A stretch of DNA of 64,000 bases from an uncultured Gemmataceae bacterium (lineage in GTDB: Bacteria > Planctomycetota > Planctomycetia > Gemmatales > Gemmataceae): the NCBI GenBank assembly GCA_963750165.1, contig CAVVPN010000010.1:96001-160000 (forward strand), written 5' to 3'. Below the pieces are notes generated by a model. That model was not told the DNA's origin, searched no databases, and saw only the letters and a list, made by a program, of their open reading frames with translations. The translations under genes were made by a program, and so were the position numbers. Each line of letters starts with the position of its first letter. The stretch's first letter is position 1. This document shows positions 20,718 through 32,384 of the stretch, piece after piece.

Positions 20718-21263
20718 ATGCGCTTTCACGCGACCCCGCTGGCCGGGGCCTGGCTGATCGAGCCCGAGTGTCGGGAGGACGAACGCGGCTTCTTCGCCCG
20801 TAGCTGGTGTCGGGAGGAGTTCGCGGCCCACGGCATCGACTGCTGCTGGGCGCAGTGCAACATCTCGTACAATCGCATCCGCGGCACCCTGCGCGGCCTG
20901 CACTACCAGGCGGCACCGAAGGCGGAGGCCAAGTTGGTGCGCTGCACGCGCGGCGCCCTGTTCGATGTGATCGTGGACCTGCGGCCCGAGTCTCCGACCT
21001 TCGGCCGCTGGGTCGCGTTCGAGTTGACGGCCGAGAACCACCATTCGGTGTTCGCGCCCGAGGGGTTCGCCCACGGCTTCCAGACGCTGGCCGATGACAC
21101 CGAGGTGTTCTACCAGATATCCGAGTCCTACTACCCCGAGGCGGCGTGCGGCGTCACATGGGACGACCCGGTGCTGGGCATCGACTGGCCGCCGTGTGAG
21201 CGCCGCATCATTTCACCCCGAGACCTGAGCTACCCCCGACTGCGGCCGAGTGCCGCGGGTTGA
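20718..21263 (+). CDS. rfbC: dTDP-4-dehydrorhamnose 3,5-epimerase family
   Basis: DERGFF, GTLRGLHYQ, DVIVDLRPESPTFG, PEGFAHGFQTL. Confidence 0.93.
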   Translation: MRFHATPLAGAWLIEPECREDERGFFARSWCREEFAAHGIDCCWAQCNISYNRIRGTLRGLHYQAAPKAEAKLVRCTRGALFDVIVDLRPESPTFGRWVAFELTAENHHSVFAPEGFAHGFQTLADDTEVFYQISESYYPEAACGVTWDDPVLGIDWPPCERRIISPRDLSYPRLRPSAAG

Positions 21264-21292
21264 GGGGCCGTCGGCCGAGAGGAGCCGAACCC

Positions 21293-22489
21293 GTGTCCCC
21301 GCTGTCCGGCGCCAAATCTGTCTGCCCGCTGTGCGCGGCTGCGACCGAGGAATTCCTGCGGCGGCCGCGAGTGCCCGTCCACCAGAACCTACTGCTGGCG
21401 GATGCCGAGGCGGCACGGCGGGCGGCCCGCGGCACCCTGGCGCTGCACGTCTGTCGGGGCTGCGGCTTCGTTTTCAACGCTGCCTTCGATCCGACACTGC
21501 TCGCCTACGGTCCCGACTACGACAACACTCAGACGGCCTCGCCCGCGTTCGGCCGTCATGTCTCGGGACTGGCGCGCGACCTGGTGGAGGTCCACGGGGT
21601 CCGCGACTGCCAGGTGGTGGAGGTCGGTTGCGGCAAGGGCGGCTTCCTGCGGGAACTGGTCGCCCATCCCGGCGCCGGCAACGTCGGTGTGGGTTTCGAC
21701 CCCAGCTACCTCGGTCCCGAGTACGACCTGGACGGCCGGGTGCGCTTCCTCCGCCGTTTCTTCGACGCCGGGGCCGGCGTGACGGCGGACGTGGTGGTCT
21801 GCCGTCATGTGATCGAACACGTCCCAGACCCGCTGGGCCTGTTGCGCGGCGTACGCGCCGCCCTGTCCGACTCGCCCCGGGCCAGAGTGTTCTTCGAGAC
21901 GCCCTGTGTCGAGTGGATTCTGAGACATCAGGTAGCCTGGGATTGCTTTTACGAACACTGTTCGCTCTTCACCGCCGGCTCCCTGGCCGCGGCCTTCATT
22001 GCCGCGGGCTTCGCGGTCAGTGCCGTCCGCCACGTTTTCGGCGGCCAGTACCTCTGGCTGGAAGCGCAACCGGCCCTCCCGTGGGACGGCTCTCCCGAGC
22101 CGTCTCCCAGGAGTGAGTTCGTGGTGAGTCTGGCCCGACAGTTCGGGGCCGCGGAGTCGGCTCGGGTGCTGGCCTGGCAGCAGAGCCTGGAGCGACTCAG
22201 TCGGGACGGGCCGCTGGCCGTGTGGGGGGCGGGAGCCAAGGGCGTGACCTTCTGCAACCTGGCGGACCCGGACGGCCGGCGTGTTGCCTGGGTCGTGGAC
22301 ATCAACCCTGCCAAGCAGGGCAAGTTCGTGGCGGGCACCGGCCACCCAATTGTCAGCCCGGAACAGGCGCTGGCCCAGGGAATGACCGCGGCCCTGGTGC
22401 TCAACCCGAACTACGTCGCCGAGGTCGCGGAGCACCTGGCCCGACACGGCAGCCGTGCCGCTGTGTGTGACCTGATGCGCGCGGCCTGA
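21293..22489 (+). CDS. SAM-dependent methyltransferase, NDP-sugar C-methyltransferase-like
   Basis: N-terminal CPLC/CRGC Zn site, EVGCGKG, CRHVIEH, YEH, WGAGAKG...VDINPAKQG. Confidence 0.85.
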   Translation: MSPLSGAKSVCPLCAAATEEFLRRPRVPVHQNLLLADAEAARRAARGTLALHVCRGCGFVFNAAFDPTLLAYGPDYDNTQTASPAFGRHVSGLARDLVEVHGVRDCQVVEVGCGKGGFLRELVAHPGAGNVGVGFDPSYLGPEYDLDGRVRFLRRFFDAGAGVTADVVVCRHVIEHVPDPLGLLRGVRAALSDSPRARVFFETPCVEWILRHQVAWDCFYEHCSLFTAGSLAAAFIAAGFAVSAVRHVFGGQYLWLEAQPALPWDGSPEPSPRSEFVVSLARQFGAAESARVLAWQQSLERLSRDGPLAVWGAGAKGVTFCNLADPDGRRVAWVVDINPAKQGKFVAGTGHPIVSPEQALAQGMTAALVLNPNYVAEVAEHLARHGSRAAVCDLMRAA

Positions 22490-22505
22490 GATGAGGGACG
22501 AAGGC

Positions 22506-23273
22506 ATGAAACTCACGATCGACACCACCGCCCGCCAGCTGGTCCACGAGGCCGACGGCACACGAGCGGTGCTGCCGCTGTACGGTCCCGAGGCATTCGA
22601 CCTGCTCAGCCGCTGCTGGCTGCGTGTGGGTTGGTCGCAGAAATACTCATACGGCTTCACCTGGCTGGGCCGACCGATCATCCAGTTGCCCGAGGACGTG
22701 CTCCGCGTTCAGGAAGTCATCCACCGCGTCAACCCCGATGTCATCGTCGAGACTGGTGTGGCCCACGGGGGGTCGCTGATTTTTTACGCCAGTCTCTGCA
22801 AGGCCCGCGACCGCGGCCGGGTGGTCGGCGTCGATGTGACCATCCGGCCCCAGAACCGTGCCGCCATCGAGTCTCACCCGCTGTCCCCGTACATCACATT
22901 GCTGGAAGGCAGTTCCACGGACCCGGGGCTGGTGGCCCGGGTCAGGGAACTCGTCCGGCCCGGGGAGACGGTCCTGGTGATCCTGGACTCCTGCCACACC
23001 CGCGCCCATGTGCGGGCGGAACTGGAGGCTTACGCCGGACTGGTCACACCGGGATCCTATCTGGTGGCGACCGACGGCATCATGGCGGACGTGGCGGACG
23101 CTCCCGGAGGCCGTCCCGAGTGGTCCTGGGACAACCCCCAGCAGGCTGCCCAGGAGTTCGCCCGGGAGCGGACGGACTTCGTACTGGAGGAGCCGCCGTG
23201 GCTGTTCAACGAGGGAACGGTCGTCCGACGGGTTACCTACTGGCCGGCCGCTTACCTGCGCAAGATCGCCTGA
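22506..23273 (+). CDS. CmcI/cephalosporin-hydroxylase family (sugar O-methyltransferase-like)
   Basis: TWLGRPIIQLPED, ETGVAHGGS, EGSS, LDSCH. Confidence 0.9.
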   Translation: MKLTIDTTARQLVHEADGTRAVLPLYGPEAFDLLSRCWLRVGWSQKYSYGFTWLGRPIIQLPEDVLRVQEVIHRVNPDVIVETGVAHGGSLIFYASLCKARDRGRVVGVDVTIRPQNRAAIESHPLSPYITLLEGSSTDPGLVARVRELVRPGETVLVILDSCHTRAHVRAELEAYAGLVTPGSYLVATDGIMADVADAPGGRPEWSWDNPQQAAQEFARERTDFVLEEPPWLFNEGTVVRRVTYWPAAYLRKIA

Positions 23274-23286
23274 GGAGGTTGGGGAC

Positions 23287-24165
23287 ATGGAACTGTCTGA
23301 AGTCCAGCGGCGCTTTGCCGACTACGGGTTCTACCACACCATCGAACTGGCGCCGGGTGTCCGCACTCCGGGGTGGCCGGTGGTTGTACCACTCGTCGAA
23401 CTGACACTCCGCTCCCTGCACTCCCTGGACCTGCGCGGCAAGCGCGTCCTGGACGTGGGCTGCCGGGACGGACTGTTCGCCTTCGAGGCCGAGCGTCTTG
23501 GGGCCCGGGAGGTGGTGGCCATCGACAACGACCTGTCCCGCGGGGCCGTCGAGGTGCTGATCCCCTTCCTGCGTTCCCGGGTGCGGATGCACGAGATGAA
23601 CCTGCTCGACCTGCGGCCGGAGACTTTTGGCACCTTTGACGTGGTCATCATGCCGGGCGTGCTCTACCATCTGCGCTACCCCTTCTGGGCGCTGAAGCTC
23701 ATTCGCGACCTGCTTTCCGAAGGGGGGTGCCTGGTGCTGGAAACCGCCCTGTTCATCGACGACAACCGTCATGCCGTGTTGCGCTGCCCCGTGGAGACGG
23801 ACAGCCCGTACGAGGCGACCAGCTGCACCTTCTTCAACCGTAAGGGCCTGATCGACACCCTCGGTAGCCTGGGCCTGCTCCCCCTCACCTTTGAATACCT
23901 GAGTAACGCCCCTCTCGTCGCCGGCCGCCCGGTGAGCCTGGAGCCGGCGCGTACCGATGCGCCCCAGGGACCGGATGGGACCATGTCGTTGGACCGCGCC
24001 ACCCTGGTTTGTCGGCACACGAACCGGGCGGCCGACTCCCAGGCCGCCAATTACTGGGAGGGGACGCACACGTTCAGCAGTTCGCGGAAGGGAAGCTGGT
24101 GGCAAGCCCTTGCCACCGCCCGGCCGGCGCCGGCCAACACCGCCGTTCCGACTCCGGCTCGGTGA
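23287..24165 (+). CDS. Class I SAM methyltransferase (DUF1698/CmoB-like fold), paralog A
   Basis: YHTIEL, GKRVLDVGCRDG, GVLYHLRYP; GAGGAGG RBS. Confidence 0.85.
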   Translation: MELSEVQRRFADYGFYHTIELAPGVRTPGWPVVVPLVELTLRSLHSLDLRGKRVLDVGCRDGLFAFEAERLGAREVVAIDNDLSRGAVEVLIPFLRSRVRMHEMNLLDLRPETFGTFDVVIMPGVLYHLRYPFWALKLIRDLLSEGGCLVLETALFIDDNRHAVLRCPVETDSPYEATSCTFFNRKGLIDTLGSLGLLPLTFEYLSNAPLVAGRPVSLEPARTDAPQGPDGTMSLDRATLVCRHTNRAADSQAANYWEGTHTFSSSRKGSWWQALATARPAPANTAVPTPAR

Positions 24166-24196
24166 GCGAGCCAACCTTTACTGGGGACCAAGGGCC

Positions 24197-25939
24197 ATGA
24201 CCAGGCCGCGCTTCAGCGTTGTCATCCCGACCCGGGAACGGGCACACACCCTGCGCCACAGCCTGCGGACCTGTCTCGACCAGGACTTCGAGGACTACGA
24301 GGTTGTCGTCTGTGACAACTACAGTTCCCCGGCGACTCGGGAAGTGGTGGAGGAGGCCAACTCCCCCCGGGTTCGCTACGTGCGGGCGCCCGAGCCGTTG
24401 GCCATGAGCCACAACTGGGAGCTGGCCCTGAGCCACGCCGCCGGCGAGTACGTCACGATCCTCGGCGACGACGATGCTCTGCTGTCCCACGCACTGCGAG
24501 AGCTGGACCGTCTGATTCGCCGCACCGGGACACGGGTGGTTCGCTGGAGCGCCGCGTTTTACCTCTGGCCGACAGTGGCCCTGGAGGGCGAGGCCAACTT
24601 CCTGGCGATCCCCCTCAGCCGCGAACTGCGAAGCGTGGACGCCGTGCCGACCATGGCCGCGGTCGCCAGCTTCCGGGACTGCTACACTGCCCTGCCGATG
24701 ATCTACAACTCGGTCATCCACCGCGACCTGATCGCCGAGTTGCGCGGCCGCACGGGGAAAGTGTTTGCCAACAACTGCCCCGATGTCTACTCCGGTTTCG
24801 CCTTCGCCTACCTGGCCGGCAACTACGTCTCGGTGGACGTGCCGATGACCGTGGCCGGCCTGTCGGGCAACAGCACCGGCGTCGCCGCCCTGCTGTTGCG
24901 GCGGCCGTCCCCGGTGGCTCAGGACTTCCGCCAACTCAACGCTCGCTCCGGACTGAATGTCCATCCCTGGGTGCCGGACCTGCCGATCTATCCCGCGGTG
25001 CCGGTGGCGGACTCGTTCCAGCACGCCAGGGAAATCCTGTTCCCGAAGGACTCCCGGTTACAGCTGGACCGCCAGCGCCTGGCGTCCGAGTGCGTGGCGG
25101 GGCTCTGGGCTGCGGACGAGCCGGAATGGCAAGCCCGTCTCGACGTGATCCGCGCGACATTCGACGACGACCCCGGACTGCGGCGGTGGTTCGAGGAGAC
25201 GCACGGCGGGGTGCCGTTCCGGTATACGGCCCCGCCCCCTCTGCACCCCACGTCCCTGGGTTTCGACGGCACCCAGTTGCACCTGCGTGCGGATCTGTTC
25301 GACGTGGTGGACGTGGCCGGCGCGGCCCGACTGTGTGAACGAATCCTGGGGTATCGCGGCTCCGAGGTCGTCTACGACCTGCCGTCCAACCCGCGGCTGA
25401 CCGCGGAGTTACACCGGCTCCGGGCCGAGGTCGGACACGTTGAGGCGCATCTGGCGGAGTTGCAGCGCGAACGCTCCCGGTACGCGGAGACGATCCACAC
25501 CCTGGCCAGCCAGCTGGCCGCGGCGCAGCACCACCTTCAGGAAAACCAGGCGCTCTCGGCCCGGTGGCAAGAGGAGATCTGTCAGTTGCGGGAACGGCTG
25601 GCGTGCTGTGAGACGGATCGGTCGGCCCAGACCCACGCCCTCCACGCCATGCACGACCGGATCGGCCACTGTGAAGCCGACCGGGCGGCCCTCCGGGAAA
25701 TGGTCCAGACCCTGACCGGGCAGCTGGCGGTCGGGGAAGCAGCACGGGCCACGGTCGAGGCCGCCCGCCTCGCCAGCGTGGCCGCCCACGCGGCCAGTGA
25801 AGCCGACCGGGCGGTGCGGTTGGAGATGATCCGCTCGCTGAGCGATCAGCTGGCCCGGGAGCGCAACACCTTGCTGCGGCGCCTGCACCGCGCCCCGGCT
25901 AAGCTCCTGCGCCTGCTGAAGAGTGCCAGGGCTACTTGA
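24197..25939 (+). CDS. GT2 glycosyltransferase with C-terminal coiled coil and basic tail
   Basis: FSVVIPT, CDNYS, LGDDD; heptad-rich C-terminus. Confidence 0.88.
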   Translation: MTRPRFSVVIPTRERAHTLRHSLRTCLDQDFEDYEVVVCDNYSSPATREVVEEANSPRVRYVRAPEPLAMSHNWELALSHAAGEYVTILGDDDALLSHALRELDRLIRRTGTRVVRWSAAFYLWPTVALEGEANFLAIPLSRELRSVDAVPTMAAVASFRDCYTALPMIYNSVIHRDLIAELRGRTGKVFANNCPDVYSGFAFAYLAGNYVSVDVPMTVAGLSGNSTGVAALLLRRPSPVAQDFRQLNARSGLNVHPWVPDLPIYPAVPVADSFQHAREILFPKDSRLQLDRQRLASECVAGLWAADEPEWQARLDVIRATFDDDPGLRRWFEETHGGVPFRYTAPPPLHPTSLGFDGTQLHLRADLFDVVDVAGAARLCERILGYRGSEVVYDLPSNPRLTAELHRLRAEVGHVEAHLAELQRERSRYAETIHTLASQLAAAQHHLQENQALSARWQEEICQLRERLACCETDRSAQTHALHAMHDRIGHCEADRAALREMVQTLTGQLAVGEAARATVEAARLASVAAHAASEADRAVRLEMIRSLSDQLARERNTLLRRLHRAPAKLLRLLKSARAT

Positions 25940-26036
25940 CCTTGGGACTGATACGGGAGCGCCCTGGCGGTTCCTGTCTGAGCCCGAAGCGCAAGCGCGG
26001 GACAACAAGAAAATGCCAGGCGACTCGGTATGAGGG

Positions 26037-28646
26037 ATGCTCATGGTTTCGTGCCGACTGTTGGACCTCGGAGCCGTGACCATCCTGCTGGCGCTGGCGT
26101 CAGTGCCGCTGCTGGTGCTGCGCGGCAGCCCGCTGCTGGGCCAACCCGAAGTCCTGGCGATCCTGTTCGCGTTGCCGGTTGGCCTGGTGGTGCTGTGGTC
26201 GGTCCTGGCCCGGCGCTTCCCGGAGTCGCCACCCTCAGACGTGTTGCCTTCCCCTGAGGAAACGAGCGGGGCCTTGCCGTGGTGGCGGACGGCGCTGGTG
26301 GCGGTGCTGCTGGGGGTGCTGACCCTGGTGTGCTTCTACTATCCCCTCCGCATCCACTTCTGGGGCGGGGCCGATGACTTTATCAATTTCCTCCCCTCCC
26401 CCCCACTCCAGTGGTTTCAGCACTCCGACCACTTCAACGGCCGCCCGCTGACGATGTTACCGTGTGTGGTGGGGCGACTGCTGACGCCGGGGCGGATCGA
26501 GGGGTTTTTGTGGCTGGGGGCGGCGTTGTGCTGGGCCAACGGCCTGCTGCTCTACGGCCTGCTGCGCGAACTGCGGCCGAAGATGCCGTTGCTGGCCGTG
26601 GTTGCCGCCGCCCTGCTGGTGACCGACCGATCCGACCAGTCGCGCTTCTACGTGCTCTGGACCAGCAACTTCTACTGGGTGGCCCTGGCCCTGCTGCAAC
26701 TCGGCCTGCTGCTGTTCCTGGTTGCCTGTCGCCGCCGCTCGCGGCCGCTGCTGGCCCTGGCCTGCCTGTCCCTGGTCGCCTCGCTACTGGTCAACGAAGC
26801 TGGCCTGCCACTAACCCTGCTCGCCCCGGCCCTGGCATGGTTCGGCCGTGGCCGACGGGAGTTGTCGCCACCCTGGGCGCTGGCCTGGCTGGGAACGGTT
26901 GGACTGCTCGGGCTGCGGGTGCTGATGTTCCTGGTCGGGCACGGGGCCGACGCCTACCAGGCCCAGCAATACGCCGTGGCCCGGGACGAGCCCAGGGCAC
27001 TGATTGCCAACCTCGGCCTGCACCTCTCAGCCAGTCTCACCTGCTTCCAGAGTTCTGGGGCGGCGACCCTGTACTGGCGCCCGGCCGCCATCACCCTGGC
27101 GATTGCCACGGTACTGGCCATCCTCGGCGGCTGGCGGTTGGCCGGCCGGTCGCAGCGCCGCCAGTACCTGGTGGTCGCGGGCGTGGCGGCCATCGCGCTG
27201 TTGCTGGGCTCGGCTCCGTTCCTGACCATGTCGCACCTGTTCCGCACACAATTCTACTCCGCCCCGGGGTGGGCAGTGCTGCTGGCCGCCGCCTTCTGCC
27301 TGGCCGGCAGCTGGCTAGGCCGTCGGGTCGGTACGGCGGCAGTGGCGGTTGCGGTCGGCCTGCTGACCGCCAACGCTACCGCCGAGTCCTTTGCCGTCCA
27401 GGAGGTTCGCCACCTGTTACTGCCGTACAACTTCGAGCGCACCGTCCGCGTCTTCCGCCAGATTCACGCGGTCTGCCCCAACCCCCCGCCCCATACCCTG
27501 GTCCTGCTCTTTCTCGACGAGCCCGAGCGGCCGCCGTTCCTGTGCAACTACTGCTGTATGAAACTCGGGCAGCACCTGCTTGGCTTGCCCCTGGTCCAGG
27601 CCAACTGCCCGGGACACGACCGGCTGGTCCCGGAGTTTGGCCCGTACTCGGTTAAACTGAATGACGGTCCCATTTACGATCTCCCCAGCGAACTTGGCTA
27701 CGATCAGGTGCTCGCCTTCCGTCTGCGTGCGGACGACACGATCCTTCTGCTGGACCGGCTCCCGGACAGGTTTCTTCCGCCGCACAACTGGGCGTACCGC
27801 TACGACCCGTTGACCCTGCTCCGCCCCGGGCCGGTCAAGGAACTGGCGTACCTCCGCCACACGAGTTGGTCCCGGGAGTCCGGCGACCTGTTCTCCATGA
27901 CGGATGGTGTCCTGCTTGGCCGGGGCTGGGGACCGCTGGAGGTGTACCAGGGAGCATTGACCCGTCAGGCCGCCGGAGAGGCTGAGTTGTTCGTCAACGG
28001 ATTCGGCCAGCGCCAGCGTACCCTGTGCCTGACCGTGGAGGCCGGCCCGTCCGGGTATCTGGAGGCTCTGGACGCCGAGGGCAAGTGTGTGGCCTCCGTG
28101 CCGGTCGCGGGGCGCCAGGAGGTCCGGCTAAACATCCCGACCGACCCCGAGAGGGTCACTCCGATCCGTTTGTGCGTCGCCCAGGAGAGTCAGACGGTCC
28201 CGACCTTCCGGGCATTCTGTCCAGCGAGCCCCGGCCGAGGAGACTGGTTGTTGCCGGCTCAGGACGTGGTCGTCGGCGACCTGAAACTCGGGGCCAACTG
28301 GGGCCAGCTGGAATGCCACCGGGGACAGCTCTTTCGCTGGGTGACGAACGACGCCGAGTTGGTCCTGGGCGCCGACCGGGAGGGCCCGGGAGACCTTCTC
28401 CTGGATCTGGCACCCGGGCCGGGACTCGGGGGGCAACCATGTTGCCTGGAACTCCGAGACCGGGACGACCGAGTGCTGGCGACGGTGTGCGTCACTAATC
28501 GGGAAGGTGTCCGCCTGGCGGTCCCCGCAGGGGCCCGCGCCGGCACCGTGCTGCACCTGCACGTCGAGGGCGGGGGCCATCCGATCGTCGGGGATTCGCG
28601 AATTTTGAACTTTTGCATTCATCGCTGCTGCTGGAGTGCCGATTGA
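26037..28646 (+). CDS. Large membrane protein, probable GT-C-fold glycosyltransferase with duplicated periplasmic C-terminal domains
   Basis: More than 10 TM segments, GADD...GRPL in the first loop; repeated G..WG.LE...G...R units. Confidence 0.6.
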   Translation: MLMVSCRLLDLGAVTILLALASVPLLVLRGSPLLGQPEVLAILFALPVGLVVLWSVLARRFPESPPSDVLPSPEETSGALPWWRTALVAVLLGVLTLVCFYYPLRIHFWGGADDFINFLPSPPLQWFQHSDHFNGRPLTMLPCVVGRLLTPGRIEGFLWLGAALCWANGLLLYGLLRELRPKMPLLAVVAAALLVTDRSDQSRFYVLWTSNFYWVALALLQLGLLLFLVACRRRSRPLLALACLSLVASLLVNEAGLPLTLLAPALAWFGRGRRELSPPWALAWLGTVGLLGLRVLMFLVGHGADAYQAQQYAVARDEPRALIANLGLHLSASLTCFQSSGAATLYWRPAAITLAIATVLAILGGWRLAGRSQRRQYLVVAGVAAIALLLGSAPFLTMSHLFRTQFYSAPGWAVLLAAAFCLAGSWLGRRVGTAAVAVAVGLLTANATAESFAVQEVRHLLLPYNFERTVRVFRQIHAVCPNPPPHTLVLLFLDEPERPPFLCNYCCMKLGQHLLGLPLVQANCPGHDRLVPEFGPYSVKLNDGPIYDLPSELGYDQVLAFRLRADDTILLLDRLPDRFLPPHNWAYRYDPLTLLRPGPVKELAYLRHTSWSRESGDLFSMTDGVLLGRGWGPLEVYQGALTRQAAGEAELFVNGFGQRQRTLCLTVEAGPSGYLEALDAEGKCVASVPVAGRQEVRLNIPTDPERVTPIRLCVAQESQTVPTFRAFCPASPGRGDWLLPAQDVVVGDLKLGANWGQLECHRGQLFRWVTNDAELVLGADREGPGDLLLDLAPGPGLGGQPCCLELRDRDDRVLATVCVTNREGVRLAVPAGARAGTVLHLHVEGGGHPIVGDSRILNFCIHRCCWSAD

Positions 28647-28784
28647 GATACTGAGCAGATGCCCCGCTCGACCGCGACGGCCGGCGCGGGCGGAAAACTC
28701 CCCGAGTCCTGAGACCTGATGGAAAAGGCCCCACAGACACTTGGCCGACAGGGTTGGGGAGAAAGGGTAGGCTGTAAGTTCGTC

Positions 28785-28813
28785 TGGACATTACCCCACC
28801 TTACCTTTATAAG
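28785..28813 (+). promoter_or_regulatory. Internal sigma70-like promoter
   Basis: TGGACA-17 nt-TATAAG upstream of 28937. Confidence 0.45.
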
Positions 28814-28936
28814 CACATCCGCTTCGGAGGCTGCCCAGTTCGTGGCCTTCTAGGCGCGGGGTAGGCACCCACGGCCGCCGAACCGAGTCGGGGCGAACCG
28901 GGACGGCTGGGCCGCACGGAAAGGAGTTCGTGAAGC

Positions 28937-30861
<1,925 letters not shown>

Positions 30862-30919
30862 CCGAGAGGTTCGGGGGCACGGAAACCCCCGAGGGATCGA
30901 ACACAGGGAGAGAAGAGGC

Positions 30920-32338
30920 ATGGGCATTCACGAGGGCGATGCGGTGCGGTCGTGCTGGTGCGGCAACTCCTCGCTCGCGGCCTTCTCGCCGGAGTACGCC
31001 GCCTGTGCGGAGTGTGGCACCCTGGTTTCCCGGGAGGAAAAGAAGGGGCACGGCCCCGGCACCCCGGACCTCCCGGCGCGAGCGCGGCACGATCTGCCGG
31101 AGCGCTGCGTCCACTGGCTGCGGGCCCTGTTGACCTACCGCCTGCCTCCCGCCTCAGTTCTTGAACTGGGTTGCAGCCACGGCGGACTCGTGACCCTGGC
31201 GCGGCAGGCGGGCTACCACGCCACGGGCCTGGAACTCGACGCCGCGGCCGCCGACTTCGCCCGGCAGACTTTCCAGGTGCCCGTCCTGCTGGGTCCGCTG
31301 GAGGCACAGGAGTTACCCGCTGGCTCCCTGGATGTGATCGTCCTGAATGACGTGCTGGGCCGCCTGTCCGACCCGGTAGCCACTCTGGAGTGTTGCGTCC
31401 GACTCCTCCGGGACGACGGCCTGCTGCTCGTGCAGGCGCCCGACTATCCCAAGGGCAAGACCCACGCCGAATTGGTCGCGGGCAGTGAGTCCACCCTGGT
31501 CTACGTCAACGGCAAGGCCGGCGCCTACCGCTACCTGTTCAGCCAGTGTGCGGTGCGGCGCCTGTTCGAGCGCCTGGGCTTCGGCCACCTGTCTTTTGAA
31601 CGGCCGGTCCACCCGTACGACCTGTTCGCGGTGGTCAGCCGGCGGCCCCTCGTCCGACACTCGGACGAGCAGGTCAACGCCCGCCTGATGGCTGGCCCGC
31701 AAGGACGCCTGGTGCGGGCCCTGTTCGACCTCCAGGGGCTGTGGCGCGCCGCCGAGGATGACCGAGCTGTCCGCCTGGACACGATCACCCGCCTGAGCCA
31801 ACAAGTGGCTTCCGGGGACGCGGAGCGGGCGGCACTGCAGACGGCCAACGCCGGCCTCCGCCAGAAACTCGAGGCCAGTGAGGCGGACCGGGTTGCGCGC
31901 CTGGACACCATCCACCGTCTCAACGTCCAGCTGACCGTGACTCAGGGAGAGTTGACTTCCATTCGGGAAATGATCGGCCTGGTCAACCTGGAGGCCCTCG
32001 GCCAGGGAGCCGCCCGGCCGACGACCGAGTCGGAGACTGTGGCTTACCTCAAGGAACAGTTGACGGCCCGCCTGGAAACCATCCACCGCCTCAACGCCCT
32101 GCTAGTGGCGAGTCAGACTGAGGTCGCCACGATTCGGGAGATGGTCGGGCTGATGAGCCTGGATGTTCTCGAACGCGTGGACGGCCACCTGGTGTCCAGT
32201 GCGGCGCGGCTGACCGCGGTGGAGACCAGTCTGGCCGAGGCATCGTTCACTCGCCGGTTGAAGAGGCTGCCCGGGGAACTGCGGCGCCTGCCGTCCCGAG
32301 TGCGGCACCTGCTCCGGCGCCTCCGGACGGGCCGGTGA
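30920..32338 (+). CDS. SAM methyltransferase with C-terminal coiled coil and basic tail (WbdD-like architecture)
   Basis: CWC...CAECGT, LELGCSHGG; heptad repeats in the C-terminal half. Confidence 0.85.
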   Translation: MGIHEGDAVRSCWCGNSSLAAFSPEYAACAECGTLVSREEKKGHGPGTPDLPARARHDLPERCVHWLRALLTYRLPPASVLELGCSHGGLVTLARQAGYHATGLELDAAAADFARQTFQVPVLLGPLEAQELPAGSLDVIVLNDVLGRLSDPVATLECCVRLLRDDGLLLVQAPDYPKGKTHAELVAGSESTLVYVNGKAGAYRYLFSQCAVRRLFERLGFGHLSFERPVHPYDLFAVVSRRPLVRHSDEQVNARLMAGPQGRLVRALFDLQGLWRAAEDDRAVRLDTITRLSQQVASGDAERAALQTANAGLRQKLEASEADRVARLDTIHRLNVQLTVTQGELTSIREMIGLVNLEALGQGAARPTTESETVAYLKEQLTARLETIHRLNALLVASQTEVATIREMVGLMSLDVLERVDGHLVSSAARLTAVETSLAEASFTRRLKRLPGELRRLPSRVRHLLRRLRTGR

Positions 32339-32384
32339 CGTTCGGCGGCGCGGGGAGCGAGACGGAAAGGGAGAGGAACAAGCG

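Noticed and set aside
22506..23273. Cephalosporin or antibiotic biosynthesis
   Set aside because: The CmcI family name is misleading here; the context is sugar modification and no beta-lactam genes are present
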